DNA of 64,000 bases, from contig JBNRSN020000005.1 in assembly GCA_051313645.2 (NCBI GenBank), positions 82,398,001-82,462,000 of the forward strand, in the 5' to 3' direction. Position numbers and translations under genes: made by a program. Source of the DNA: Centroscyllium fabricii (Eukaryota). Below the pieces are notes generated by a model. That model was not told where the DNA came from and made no database searches. It saw only the letters and a list, made by a program, of their open reading frames with translations. Shown piece by piece: positions 36,705 to 49,848 of the stretch (positions are counted from its first letter, which is position 1; every line of letters starts with the position of its first letter).

Positions 36705-37521
36705 GGGCAGGATTTTCATTGGGCCGTGGAGGCGGGATTGGAGGTGTGTGGGGGGTTAAAATCTCAAAATCAGGGGGCACAAACCCATCCCGCACCCAGC
36801 CCACCTCCATGCCAGTTTCAAAGGAGGCGGGTACCCGACCTGTGCTGGGAGCTTCCTCCCCGAAGCGGGAAGGGCGTTCGTGCTAATTAACCGCCTGTTA
36901 ACAGGCGGTTAACAGGCAGTTTTTAGCCTAATCCCTATTTTTATTGCTGAAGTGTGGGATTCCCGATGGCTCCAAACCACGCCAAGTTAGCGAGGCGGAC
37001 CGTCGGGCTGAAGGACTTGGAGGGTTCGAGATGTCCAGTGTTCAGGTGAGTGATGGGTGCATGATTGGTGTGTGTAAAGTGTTTAAAGAAGTTCTACTAA
37101 CCTTTACTTACCTTTACAGCCTTCCTTCCTTCAGGTCTCGGGAGTCCCACATCTCACCGGCACAGAAAGCAGAATGGCCGCGAGCTGTCAAATGTTGCAG
37201 CGTTCAGCTTTCTGCTCCGGGGAGATCTCTAAATCAGCCTGAGAGGAAGGAATTAACTTGGAGTACAGATTGTCAGTGTTTGACAGCTTCAAAGAGCTGT
37301 CAAACACTGATATTTCATCTGTCAAAAAGATGAAATGTCAATCTGTGACGTCACCGGTTGCCGGGTGGCCCTTAATTGGCCTGCTGAGCCCACTGGGCGG
37401 GCTCAACAAGGTAAATCAAGTGAAAATCGTGTGGGTTGGCCACAACTCGATGGAGGAGGGACTACAACATCAAAAGTGGTAGTCCCACCTCCTACATGTC
37501 TCCAGTATCAAAATCCAGCCC
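36705..37521. mobile_element. Harbinger-type MITE, family D
   Basis: TIRs GGGCAGGATTTT...AAAATCCAGCCC with an AAT TSD on both sides. Confidence 0.83.
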
Positions 37522-37778
37522 AATGTGTCTTCAACTTATGCATTCTTTCTGTAGCTATGCTATTCCAGGATTCTGTAGATGCATACTGCATCACATAACT
37601 AGTCTCCAATAATTGTGTGCATCTGACCTGACTCCAACTGGCTCAGTGCTGTTGGATCCTAGTCCAGAGAAAACCTGTGCCTTTATATCAGCAGATTTTA
37701 ATAAAAGAACAGATATGGTCCAAAGTATAGGCATGAATAGAATATTGTATGTGTTCATCTGTTTGATGCAGAACATCT

Positions 37779-39335
37779 AAAGAAAGACTTGCATTTATAT
37801 AGCACCTTTCAAAACCTCAGGGCATCCCAAAGTGCTTAACAGCCACTTAAGTAGTTTTGAATGGTAGTCACTGTTTTAATGTAGGAAACGTGACAGCTAA
37901 TTTCGCACAACAAGGTCTCACAAACAGCAATGAGATAATGAGCAGATAATCTGTTTTAGTGATGTTGGTTGAGTGATAAATATTGACCAAGACACCAGGG
38001 AGAACTCCTCTGCACTTAACATAGAACATAGAACATACAGCACTGTACAGGCCCTTGGGCCCTCAATGTAGTGCCGCGCTTAGTCCGTCTCTGATTTTTT
38101 CTGTCCCCCGTACTCTTCCTTCCCCTCCATGTACCTGTCTATCATCCTTTTAAAAGCACCCAGACTGTCCGCATCCACTATTTCAGATGGTAGCCTATTC
38201 CATTCCCCGACCACTCTCTGCGTAAAGAACTTGCCCCTGCCATCCCTTCTGAATCTTCCTCCTTGAATCTTGTGCTCGTGCCCTCTTGTTGTCGTTCTTC
38301 CCGCCCGGGGAAACAGTCTTTGCACGTTTACTCTATCGATCCCCTTCATCATTTTAAACATCTCTATCAAGTCCCCCCTCTTCCTTCTCCGTTCCAGGGA
38401 GAAGAGTCCCAGTTCCCTTGACCGTTCCTCGTATGACTTTCCCCCCATTCCCGGCAGCATCCTGGTGAATCTCCTCTGCACCCTCTCCAGCGCCTCCACA
38501 TCCCTCCTGTAGTACGGTGCCCAGAACTGCACACAGTACTCCAAGTGTGGTCTCACCAGTGACCTGTACAGCTGCAGCATGACCTCCCGGTTCTTAAACT
38601 CTATTCCCCTGTTGATGAATGCCAATACACCATAGGCCTTTTTTACTGCCTTGTCCACCTGGGTGGCAGCCTTCAGTGATCTGTGTACATATACTCCCAG
38701 ATCCCTTTGCTCCTCTGCTTCACTCAGGACCCTGCCATTGACCCTATATTCCCTCTTCCTATTTGCCCTACCGAAGTGCATCACCTCGCATTTTCCCGTG
38801 TTGAACTCCATTTGCCATTCTTCAGCCCAGCTCTGCATCCTGTCTATATCCCTCTGAATCTTTCTACTTCCTTCCTCCTCATCCACTTCTCCCCCAATCT
38901 TTGTGTCATCCGCAAATTTGCTGACCCACCCCTCAGTCCCCTCCTCCAAGTCATTGATGAAGATTACAAACAGTAGTGGCCCCAACACCGACCCCTGTGG
39001 TACCCCACTGGTGACCGGTCTCCAACCCGAGTATTGGCCCTCTACCACTACCCTCTGCTTCCTCTGAGCCAGCCAGTTCTCAATCCATCCCACCACTTTG
39101 CTGCTTACCCCGCAGCTCCTTACTTTCTTCATGAGCCGACCGTGCGGGACCTTGTCGAACGCCTTGCTGAAGTCCATATATTCTTTGAAAATAATGTCAT
39201 GGGATCTTTTACGTCCACCTGAGAGGGCAGACAGGACCTTGGTTTAATGTCTCATCTGAAAGACGTCACCTCCGACCGTGCAATGTTCCCTCAGCACTGC
39301 ACTGGAGTATCAGCCTAGATTTTTGTGCCCGAAGA
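37779..39335 (-). mobile_element. Deu-domain SINE split by a young CR1 insertion (parts 37779-38017 and 39179-39335)
   Basis: Tail (aagacttgcatttatatagcacct) lies on the left and the Deu core (catgggatcttttacgtccacctgagagggcagac...cagcctagat) on the right of the CR1. Confidence 0.75.
38018..39178 (-). mobile_element. Young CR1 LINE, 5'-truncated, with an uninterrupted 365-aa RT frame
   Basis: ORF 38080-39177 has [21 protein letters not shown] and FADD. (acataga)n tail at 38018. Confidence 0.96.
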
Positions 39336-40286
39336 TTTCTACACACAAGATATATGAGCAATATAACAAGCAGAAACCTGGAAAAGGTTGTTGGTTTTGG
39401 TGGAATACACTATCAGCATGCCCTCTCCTCCCGCTCCCCCCAAAAATAAATCAATAATCTGCAATGTTACTTTGAGATACCTAATGAAAATGGTATGTCT
39501 TAGTGGCGTAAAAGCCGTAGGATACATGATAGTGGGCAGGGATATTTCTTGTGTTAATAGTAGCAAGGGTAGTGTAGTTACCCTTGCAAAGAAACAAACA
39601 TTATAGCTTTAAAAACTATATTGTCTAGTCTTCCAGGTTATTTTAATTACAGATAATTGGGGGGCACATTGAACTATCTTCAGTACTGTAAGAATTTTAA
39701 ATTTCTATTTAGACAGTCCTTTTTTAAAAAAAGGTAATGTCAAGACATACAATTATTTTTACTTTTTAAAAGAAAATAAGGATATGGACTCTAGCAGATG
39801 GAGCTAATGATATACTGCCTTTTTCACACCATTCAACGTTGCTTTTAGACAAGACTCTCTTATTTATAAAAACACAGCTCTGAAATTAGAGCAGTCTAGC
39901 TACTGATGATGGCCTTTATAAACGGTAACAAACACAGCTGGCTTGACAGTATATTGCCAAGATAGTTAGAATGTGGCGGGTGAAAAAATAATTTTCATTA
40001 GAGAAGCATTTTGTCTGCATAGCGGCAAGAAATGCTTTTCTGAGGTTGCTTAGTCAGGGATATCAGCCTGTTGGCAGGGAGTGATTGCCAGACGAAAAAC
40101 AAGGTATTATTGCACATTTTTGCCTCTTATTAGTTTGATTACATTTGCAAATCAAATCAATCCATCAGTCGTGATCAGCTGTGTTCAGAATTCAAGGAAT
40201 GGTAATCTTCTTCTAATAAGATGCAAATGTGTCACATCGGTAAGTAACCAATAAATCATTGGTGTGTCATTGGCAATCATTAAATA

Positions 40287-40418
40287 NNNNNNNNNNNNNN
40301 NNNNNNNNNNNNNNNNNNNNNNNNNNNNNNNNNNNNNNNNNNNNNNNNNNNNNNNNNNNNNNNNNNNNNNNNNNNNNNNNNNNNNNNNNNNNNNNNNNNN
40401 NNNNNNNNNNNNNNNNNN
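40287..40418. other. Assembly gap (132 N)
   Basis: Run of N. Confidence 1.
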
Positions 40419-42643
40419 AACTTGGCTGTCATCACAGTACATTATTCCTCACAGTTCATGCAAAGTTCACAGACAAGCATGAAATGGCCATTTCTTTCCC
40501 CAACAACTGTTCAAATGGGCCATCCTTTCCATCAGAGAACAAGCAGGCAGGGCTGGCAGGCCTTGGAAATGGAATTGGATACGAGCTGTCTGAGTCCACT
40601 AAAGTATTATAACCTTTGCACATCAGCAGATGGGAGCAATGCATCAGGCTAAGCAGGGATTCCAGGGCGAGGGCAAAGAGGAGCTGGCATTTCTGACAAA
40701 AGCCCGTAGGCTTCTGTATCAGACAACTGTGTAAGATTAGGTTTGCCAAGCAATGCAGTTTTGTCGAAAGAGATTCAATCCATGTTTTCTGCCCCTATTG
40801 CTATTAGTAAAATCCACCCAATTATTAATATTTAATACAGTTTAGTTCCTGAAATAGACTCTATACTCTTACTATCATCTATTTCCTAAATGTATTTTTT
40901 TAACCAGAGTTCAATTATAATGGTCTATACTGGTTGAGTACCACTGGTAAACCACAAAGTGCCACAGCGACCTATTACCCTAGATGGAGCAAAACACATG
41001 AACTGAACAAGTAGCTCATCTGAGCAAAAGGAGAAGGATATCCATATTTTATAACCTACATTAATTTGACCAGACATAGAGAGAAGGATTCCATTATGAA
41101 TGGGCTTTTAGAAAGGGCTGTTATTTAATTGTCTATTCCTGCTTACCCAACATTTCCAATGTTTAAGCTACACATATTGAGTAAATATTAGACGCTTCAT
41201 TTGTTTGCTCGCTTTCCCAGCTTACTGTTGATTTTTTTTGTGGAGGTGGAGGGATGGGTTAATAGAATAATCACATTTTCCTGGCTGCTATAAAGCATCA
41301 TTTCAAAACTAGTTGGGTGGGAAAAAAAATTAGAGAACTTATTTGTAAGGGATAGCATGTAAAGGATTGTTTTCCCCACAGATGTACACTTGTAGAAACA
41401 TATTTTCATACAGGTTCTTTCTATGTTAGGCACCTTATTTCTACAAGTGTACTGTAAAACACCTTTACCCTGTACATATACTTCTAATTGTTGGTGAGGC
41501 TTTTGGTAGCTTTCAGAGTACCAAGTTTCACTGCATTAATGCATAGAAATGGCTCACCAGGGAATATTTGCTGCACTTTTTAATAAAGGGAAAAAAAAAC
41601 CAATAGGAACAGTATATACACAGTTGGCCCATTCCCTCGTAGCAGTGTTAGCTTTTGTGAAGAGGATCCCCATCTCTCAACACATTTGTTACTGTCATAC
41701 TCTTGGGGTCTGTAGAGTTCTTAAAAAAAAAAATTGCTGAATTAGCTGAAAGGAGCTATATAGACTTCAAGAACAAATCTACTGGGGACTGCTGAGGGAA
41801 GAAGAAAGAGTAAAACACGACAGAGCAGCTAACAGATAGCTGGAGAGGGATGCCCTAATGCACAGCTGCTGCCTCCCCCAGACAGCTCATCCTCTTCTTT
41901 TGTCAATCCAAGGCATTGTGGTTGCATTTGTGCAGGGATTTATAGTTTATCTTTATCTATTGCTTCATCTGTAGGTAGCTATTATAGATGCCTGGGCTGG
42001 TTATTGTTTGGGGGTGATAGATCTGTCTGTACTTCATCAAAGAAGCTGGAGTAGCTAAAAGCCATTGGGTGAAGCTTATGATGAAATACGAGCCATCAGC
42101 CTCAGTAATGGCTGTAAAATTTCATAATTACATGTCCTTTATTACATTGCATAATGATCCTGAAGCAGTATGAAACAATTAATTAAGATTTTGAACCATG
42201 GCTTTTTTGAAATTAAAAGGTACTCGGTCTGTGAAATGGGGAAGTGGCTTTCCTTTAAAGCATGAAGGAGACGGGTGTTCAGGGAATCTGATGTATTGAG
42301 CCTAGATTTGTTAGATGCACTGAACTAAGGAAAATTCCTCTCAAGCAATCATAAATGAAGTATTTTGTACAAAATGTAGTGTCATAGTACCCCAGATTAG
42401 ACTTGTCACATCTGCCATTTTCCGCAGCTATTTGCCTCATTCAGTGTTTTTGGTGTAACTGATAAGAAATTGAGTGACTTGCAAAGTGCAGACATTTTTT
42501 TAAAAACTGCTCTTGTTTAGTGTTTTTTTTTCTAAAGACTTTATCAGTATCAAAAATGGAATTCTGAAAAAAAAAAGCATCAAAATGTTTGATTTTTCAT
42601 GCTGAGCATATTATATGCAAAATAAACCTACTGATTCATAATA

Positions 42644-44004
42644 CAGGTACACAATCCCTTATCCGCAGCTCCAAAATCCGAAGTTCAGGGTTGCGTCAAC
42701 ATAATCGTTTTTTTCTTAAATAAATTGAAGCTGCAGCAGAAAAAACACGTTCCTATCCCGATCTCGTGCTTTTGATGCCGTGCTGAGGAAAAAAACGGCC
42801 GATCTCCCGCTCCAAATGGCCGATCTCCTCCTCTAAACGGCCGATTTCCCGCTCCAAACAGCCGATCTCCCGCTCCAAACGGCCGATCTCCCGCTCCAAA
42901 CGGCCAATCGCCCGCTCCAAACGGCCGATCTCCCACTCCAAACGGCCGATCTCCCGCTTCAAACGGCCGATCTCCCGCTTCAAACGGCCGATCTCCCGCT
43001 TCAAACGGCCGATCTCCCGCTTCAAACGGCCGATCTCCCGCTTCAAACGGCCGATCGCCCGCTGCAAACGGCCGATCTCCCACTCCAAACGGCCGATCTC
43101 CCGCTTCAAACGGCCGATCTCCCGCTCCAAACGGCCGATTTCCCGCTCCAAACGGCCGATCTCCCGCTCCAAACGGCCGTTCTCCCGCTTCAAACGGCTG
43201 ATCTCCCGCTTCAAATGGCCGATCTCCTCCTCCAAACGGCCGTTCTCCCGCTTCAAATAGCCGATCTCCCGCTTCAAACGGCCGATCGCCCGCTGCAAAC
43301 GGCCGATCTCCCACTCCAAACGGCCGATCTCCCACTCCAAACGGCCGATCTCCCGCTCCAAACGGCCGATTTCCCGCTCCAAACGGCCGATCTCCCGCTC
43401 CAAACGGCCGTTCTCCCGCTTCAAACGGCTGATCTCCCGCTTCAAATGGCCGATCTCCTCCTCCAAACGGCCGTTCTCCCGCTTCAAATAGCCGATCTCC
43501 CGCTCCAAACGGCCGATCTCCCACTCCAAACGGCCGTTCTCCCGCTTCAAATGGCCGATCTCCCACTCCAAACGGCCGATTTCCCGCTCCAAACGGCCGA
43601 TCTCCCGCTCCAAACGGCCGATCTCCCGCTCCAAACGGCCGATCTCCCGCTCCAAACGGCCGATCTCCCGCTCCAAACGGCCGATCTCCCGCTCCAAACG
43701 GCCGATCTCCCGCTCCAAACGGCCGATCTCCCGCTCCAAACGGCCGCTCTCCCGCTCCAAACGGCCGATCTCCCGCTCCAAACGGTTGATCTCCCGCTTC
43801 AAACGGCCGATCTCCCGCTCCAAACGGCTGCTCTCCCCCTGCAAACGACCGATATGCCGTTCCCCGACTGCGAGCTGGGCCGCAAACACGGGAATGTGCA
43901 TGCGATCTGCGCATGCGCACTGGGGCCAACTCTAAAAACCATATTTATCCGAAAACCAAGACCCGCCCGGTCCTGAGGTTTTCGGATAAAGGGTTGTGTA
44001 CCTG
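42644..44004. mobile_element. Tigger/pogo-like MITE carrying an expanded minisatellite
   Basis: TIRs CAGGTACACAATCCCTTATCCG...CGGATAAAGGGTTGTGTACCTG with a TA TSD (42642-42643, 44005-44006). Confidence 0.87.
42791..43850. repeat. 21-bp CpG-rich minisatellite, about 50 units
   Basis: Unit ccaaacggccgatctcccgct with variants. A 231-bp higher-order duplication is visible (43215 vs 43446). Confidence 0.97.
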
Positions 44005-44519
44005 TAGTGAACTTTGTTTAAAAAGTTTATTCTGTTAATGTGTTGTGATATTCAAGTGGTAGACTTTTAGTACTATTTTAATATACTGTACCACTACAAA
44101 GCATTTCATTACACGATTAAGAGTTTAATGAATAAAAACATTGTCATGTTTAAAGCAATAATTGGCAAGAAAAGAGGTAATTGGAAGTGAGCAAATAAAG
44201 ATGGTAACTCAGGTAGTTACCATGGAGGCTGGATTTATGATGGTTGAGGATTGGATTTTCTTTGTGTGTTTATGCTCATTGTCTTATTCCTAAAGTAGTG
44301 CTATAAGGCCCAAAGCTGGCAGTGGGACAATGGAAATCAGGTGATCTGATTGGATAATTCAGATTAGGATGTTGAATAAAATGGTCAACAATTTGTTAGC
44401 TGTATTTTTTCAATCACTGTCACTGGACAATTTTGATTTAGATATTAATTTAAGTAAGATAGCTACTAAGATTATGTAATTGCAGGTTATAGTGAAATTA
44501 TCTACCAGATGCTCATATT

Positions 44520-44680
44520 TCATAGGCTCATACAGCACTGAAGGAAGCCATTCAACCCATTGTACCTGTACCAGCTCCTTGAAAAAGCTATCCAATTAGT
44601 CTCACTTCCCTGCTCTTTTCCCATAGCCCTGCAAATGTTTCCTTTTCAAGTATGTATTGAATATTTAGTATATTTTTGAA
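44520..44680 (-). mobile_element. Old CR1 3'-tail fragment
   Basis: tacagcactgaaggaagccattcaaccca...cccatagccctgcaaa resembles a reverse-complemented CR1 3'UTR. Confidence 0.55.
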
Positions 44681-44805
44681 ATTATGCAGAAATGCCTGTG
44701 TCATTCCAGGAATTCAGCAGACAATACCTAGACATTAGGTTATTAAAACAGAATCACACACAGATAATGCAGAGGTACCTTTTGTTGACCCTTTAAAAAG
44801 CTATT

Positions 44806-45535
44806 GGCCCAGAAATTCCGTTCACAGGCCTCCCGTGGGCTGAGGGCTGCAATCTGGAAACATCTGCGCTTGGACCGGAGGGCTCTCGGGAGGTGCAGAG
44901 ATCCGTTGCTGGGTCTCTCCAAACTGCCGGTGCGCAGGGCCCACGTATCCCAGGAGCGCAGGTAGTTCACAGCGTCCCTGGGATCACGTGGGCCATGGGG
45001 AGCCAATCAGAGAAGGGAATCTACATTCATAGATTTGACAGGAACACCTGTCAAAAATATGAATATAGAACACCCCCAAAACATAGTAAAACTTTAAATA
45101 AATTTTTTAAAAATCACATTTTTAAAATGACTATAAATTACATAAATTAACTATTTTAAACAAAGATTTAAATTTTTGAAAAAAATAATTAACGTTTTTA
45201 ACGGGGCTAAAAATAAACTTACCTTTCTTTAAATTGTTTTGAAATGATAAATTAGTGGAAACATTTTTTTTACTTTTTTCAACTCATATGGCTTTTACCA
45301 GGCGCAAGAATTGTAAGTGTATTCTGTGGGCGGAGGGTCTCCAAAAAAACAGAACACTCCACCCACAGAGGCCCTGCTCCAGCGCAGCCGGAGGATGTGT
45401 CGAGAGCTTTCTTGACAGATCGGAAATGCTGGTTTCCAGCGCATGTGCAGTGCATGCCTGAAACCGGCATTTCCGCTGTCCCTACGGGTGAGTACACAGC
45501 AAGTACACACCCGTAGGGACCGGAATATCCGGCCC
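44806..45535. mobile_element. Harbinger-type MITE, family B
   Basis: GGCCCAGAAATTCCG...CGGAATATCCGGCCC termini with ATT/AAT flanks. Inverted homolog of 9176-9928. Confidence 0.75.
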
Positions 45536-48500
45536 AATAATATTCTTGAGCTGTTGCCATAAAATTAGAATGTAACATTTTCATTTGATAATGTTGTAAC
45601 ACAGTCTGTTTCAAGTGTCTGCAATTTGTTTTTATTATATTCTTTAATATTTACATTTTGGTTTAAGATATTGATGGGGGAGAAAGAGAAGTGTGTGGGG
45701 GAGAACATTTATTTTCTCATAGTTTAAAAATAAGTAGTCCTACATTCAAAGGGTTACACCAACAAAGTAGAAACCTTGTTCATTAAGAAGGGATCCTGTT
45801 TTTGTGATCAAATGGTCTTAACTAATACTTATTTTAAAGCGGGAGGGTGAGGAATGCTCAGTAATGTCTTGCTATTACAGCATTGTGCATAGTAGGCTCA
45901 CCGAAATGATGAGGAAGGAGTCAGCATCTCCTAAACAGCTTGCACCAGAGGCTGAAGGAAAAATCACACAGTTTTGGGGTAACGAGCTAGAACATTTCAC
46001 TAGTGCAGAGTTATCTGATTCCATTAAAGTCATTACTGGCAGAGTGCACAGGTGCCCCCCCCCCCCACCCCCCCTCCGGCTGGTGCCTGTACATTGCTGT
46101 GTGGATGCTGGGGGCCGGTTAGGACTAATGGTGTCATTCTTACAAAAATCCGGGTGTCGTTGGCTCTGATCACTTGTCATTCCTTAATGGAAACAAAATA
46201 GTCCTCCCAGTAAGAAGCCCAATGTCATTTCACTACCCCATGCTGTCCTAGCAATAGTGAAATGACAGAGTGATTCTCAGTAGGAGTAATTAAAATGTAA
46301 ATATTGATATTTTATTATTTGAAATTACTTTCCAGTACAGCATTTAATGTTGCTCCATCTGTGCAGCTCTGTTTAGTGGTCACTTAAGTGCAGCTCTGGG
46401 ACATGAAGCAGCAGTTCAATCCTGTCATGTCAAAATACTTGTTCCTGCTTAATTTTGATATCTAATTAAGTGGAAAAGTACAGTCCATACTGTAATCCAG
46501 GCATCTTAAACAGCTGCTTGGGTATATTTAGAATTAATCTTGGCTATGAATTGTCTTAATGTATGCAATTAAGAGTCTGCGCATTCCTAATTAGGTGTAT
46601 TAGAATCATGCAGCTTACCATCCTGGTATAGACTTTGGGATGTCTGCCTCGAGAGCAAATGATAACGCTACTAAATGGATTGTGATAAACATAGCAGTGT
46701 TAATGTATTTTTTTCATCCAGCATTGCTGCCGCATAGAGTTTCATCCCTTGTTTCAGTGAGATGAAAGCAGCCTCTGATAAAAGCTGAAACCACTTCAAT
46801 CTGCTCAATGGCACCAGTCTACATATCAGTATGTCTCTGTTACAAAAGCTCAGGGGGATTAGGTGTTAAAATTGTCTAATTTTCACCATATTCACTTGTC
46901 TTTTAACAAACAGAATTATTCAATAGTTATTGAACATTGGAACTATATTTGAATGTAGCCAGAAAGAATCCTGTTTCATGGAATTTGCATTATGTGCATT
47001 CTTGCTAAATGTTCATTGATTCTTGGATTAAGGGTTCAAACAGATGTTTTTAAAACTGTGTGATGTATTTCTACTGCAGACAAACTCCTGCCCATGGCCT
47101 TATGCAGTGCAGCACATTGCTTGACCAAGTTCCAGTTTTGCTTTGTTACAAGTATTCAGAAAGTTTTTCTCCCCTTTCTAATATCTGCAGATGATCTGAT
47201 CTATTATATCATTATATCATTGCATATTATAGCCAAATAGGTCACTTTTCATATGTAGTTTGGCAACATATGGTCAAATGATTTAACAAAAATGCTAATA
47301 AAATGTTAGCCTGGGTAGCTTAACTGATGCTGCCTTTCTCAGCTAGGCGATCATTATAGGTTTGATTTTCTCTCTCCTTCTGTCTCTTACTTTCTCTCCA
47401 AATCATCCATTACAGTGTGTTTTGTAAAGTTCCCAGGTAGCTTGGTGGGTGCAATAACTGCAGATGTTCCAATTGGATTGGGGGAGGGGGGGAGATTACA
47501 GTAGAAAAAATATTTTCTATAATGCACAAAAATATTTGAATATTCCATTTTTTGCATTTTTTACCTATATAGCTTCTTTGGATTTGGAACTATGTTTAAA
47601 TGTAAAGCTGCTTTGCTTCAAAACAGTATTACCAAGTCTTAAAATATTATATAAAGTATTGTCACCGGCTTACTCCATGCCTTATTTTTGTTTTTCTGTG
47701 GGAAATCAAAACCAGGAACGACCATTGCAACACTGAAGTCCATCAAAATTGATGAACTGAGATTCACAATAGAAATGGCAACTCTCCCATGGGGCAACAC
47801 AAGATCTCTTTTGAGACAAAGATATTGCAAAGGCAACTTCCAGAATATTAGCTACTTCACTAATGTATTTTAGACTAACACAGGCTTCATGAGAAAGTGT
47901 TTGGGGACGAGGAAGTACTGTGCCTAATTTTCCTGGTGAGCATGTCATGTGCAAGATATGCATTCATCTGTTTCAGCATGATTTACATTGTATGCAAAGT
48001 TAGCAAATCATATTTTTAATGAAGATGGTGTCCATTTGAAAAAGTGCAACATGCATATATTGCATCTCGCCTTATTTATATTTACTCCCCATTCTTTAGC
48101 TTAGGTCCACCACATGCTAATTCTGATAAAGAACGCAAGCAGCCTGTTCTCAGGTTTCCTATACAGTTGTATAATTGACCACCAGAAGGTGTGCAAGAGC
48201 AATGTTAGTTCCTTGTTTCATCTTGGTGCCTTTCAGATGGCTCAAGTAAGACTGCAACGTCATCAGTGATGGATCATGGGGAGAACCCGGGCACCAAATT
48301 TGGATCGGTAGCGACCGTTGTTTGGGCGCGATGGGTGCTGTTGGCATGCCAAAATGGCATCGAACACGCATGCACGCACTTGTTGGGTGAATTGCGCCAG
48401 ACGCCATATTGATTAGGGCGTTAGCGCGTGCGCAGTGAACATCCACCAGAAGTATACAGAGCAGGCAGATCATGCCGTCAGTCAGCATGCAGCATTGTTT

Positions 48501-49030
48501 TGATGCCAGCGGTTTTCTGTTGTTATTTCAGATTTCCAGCATCCGCAGTATTTTGCTGTTGTGTAATTTTGGAGCTCACGCTTCAGCTAACGCCCTCTCT
48601 TAACCTCGCACAGCTGAACACGCATTCAGCAGCAGGAAGGACCCCCCCACTAGCACTATTTAAAGGGATCTTCAACTACTTTCAGATTAGTTTCTTTCTT
48701 CTTTAGTTGCTGGTTGATTTCTTCTGGCTGTTGCTACGATTCTACTGTTTGGTGCTTTCTGTAGTTGTTTCAAGTCGCAGGACTGGGGTGGCAGGTGCTG
48801 ACTTTTTCCTGACTTGAAGGCTTCTACACAAGCTATTTGCTGCCAGACACGGGTGTACTAGTAGTAATTCCCCTTGGAATACAGCATGACTTGGAGAATG
48901 AACAGAGGCCTCACAGAGCAAGTCATTCTGCTGGAAGAGTGAGGGGGGAGAAGTGCTCTCAGCAGGAGACTATATCCGCCCAGGGTGTTCAAGGAGCAAT
49001 CTTCCTGCCTGAATCTCAGTGAGGAACAAT

Positions 49031-49848
49031 GGGGGTAATTTTTCCGGAAGGGCGGGAACCTGGCGGGGATTGGTCTGGGCGGCTTCCGGTCCCGCCCGCC
49101 CAACCAGCTGGGAAGCCCACACAATTTTAGGTTAATGAGGTCGTTAAATCCCTGTCGGCGGGAGCGGGAGGTAATTAGGTGAATCGAGTCAGGCCGCAGC
49201 AGAGCTGCGAGCACTTTGATTGACAGTTCCAGCACTGGTTGTTGTCAGTTCCCATGGCAGCACTACACTGTGACATCACAGTGGAGTGGAGGCAATGGGA
49301 AAGGCCAAGTGCTGGTGACTGACAGGTGGGCGGGCGGGCTCCGAATCGCTCACAGCTCGCACCAGCTGTGAGGCCATTGTGAGAACTGAGATTGCTCAGT
49401 TTCTGGTCTCAGCTGATACTGAAGGCAGAACAGAGTTACTATCTCCTCTAAGGTGCTGGAGGCATGCCAAGCATTTGGCAGCATGTCCTTCACACCTTAA
49501 AGGAGAAAGTAATAAATTCTGGAACTCACACAACACCAGGTTATAGTCCAGAAGTTATAACCAGCGCTGTGCTGAAACCCAGCGGGGTTTAAGGTGGCGG
49601 GGTTAGGGCGGAAAACAGCGCAAAATGTCTGAGGGCCCTTAAAATGGCATTAAAGATGCCAATTAAGGGCCCTTAACGAGGTGACAACCCATCCTCGGTG
49701 GCGGGAATGTTTCGGGGCGGGGAATCTGGGGGCGGATAATGAGAACACAGTGGGGATCCGGCGGGGAGGGGCAGGACCTGCCTGTTCCGCTATTTTGCCG
49801 GCCGGGCCGCCCAAAACCCCGCCGCACGGGGACATGAAAATAGCCCCC
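49031..49848. mobile_element. Harbinger-type MITE, family C, inserted into the transposase gene
   Basis: TIRs GGGGGTAATTTT...AAAATAGCCCCC with an AAT TSD. Removing it restores the frame S-E-E-Q-C-V-R. Confidence 0.87.

Noticed and set aside
42791-43850. CRISPR array or established host gene
   Set aside because: A pure tandem repeat with no spacers, inside a MITE, with no evidence of expression. Kept only as a hypothesis in the findings.
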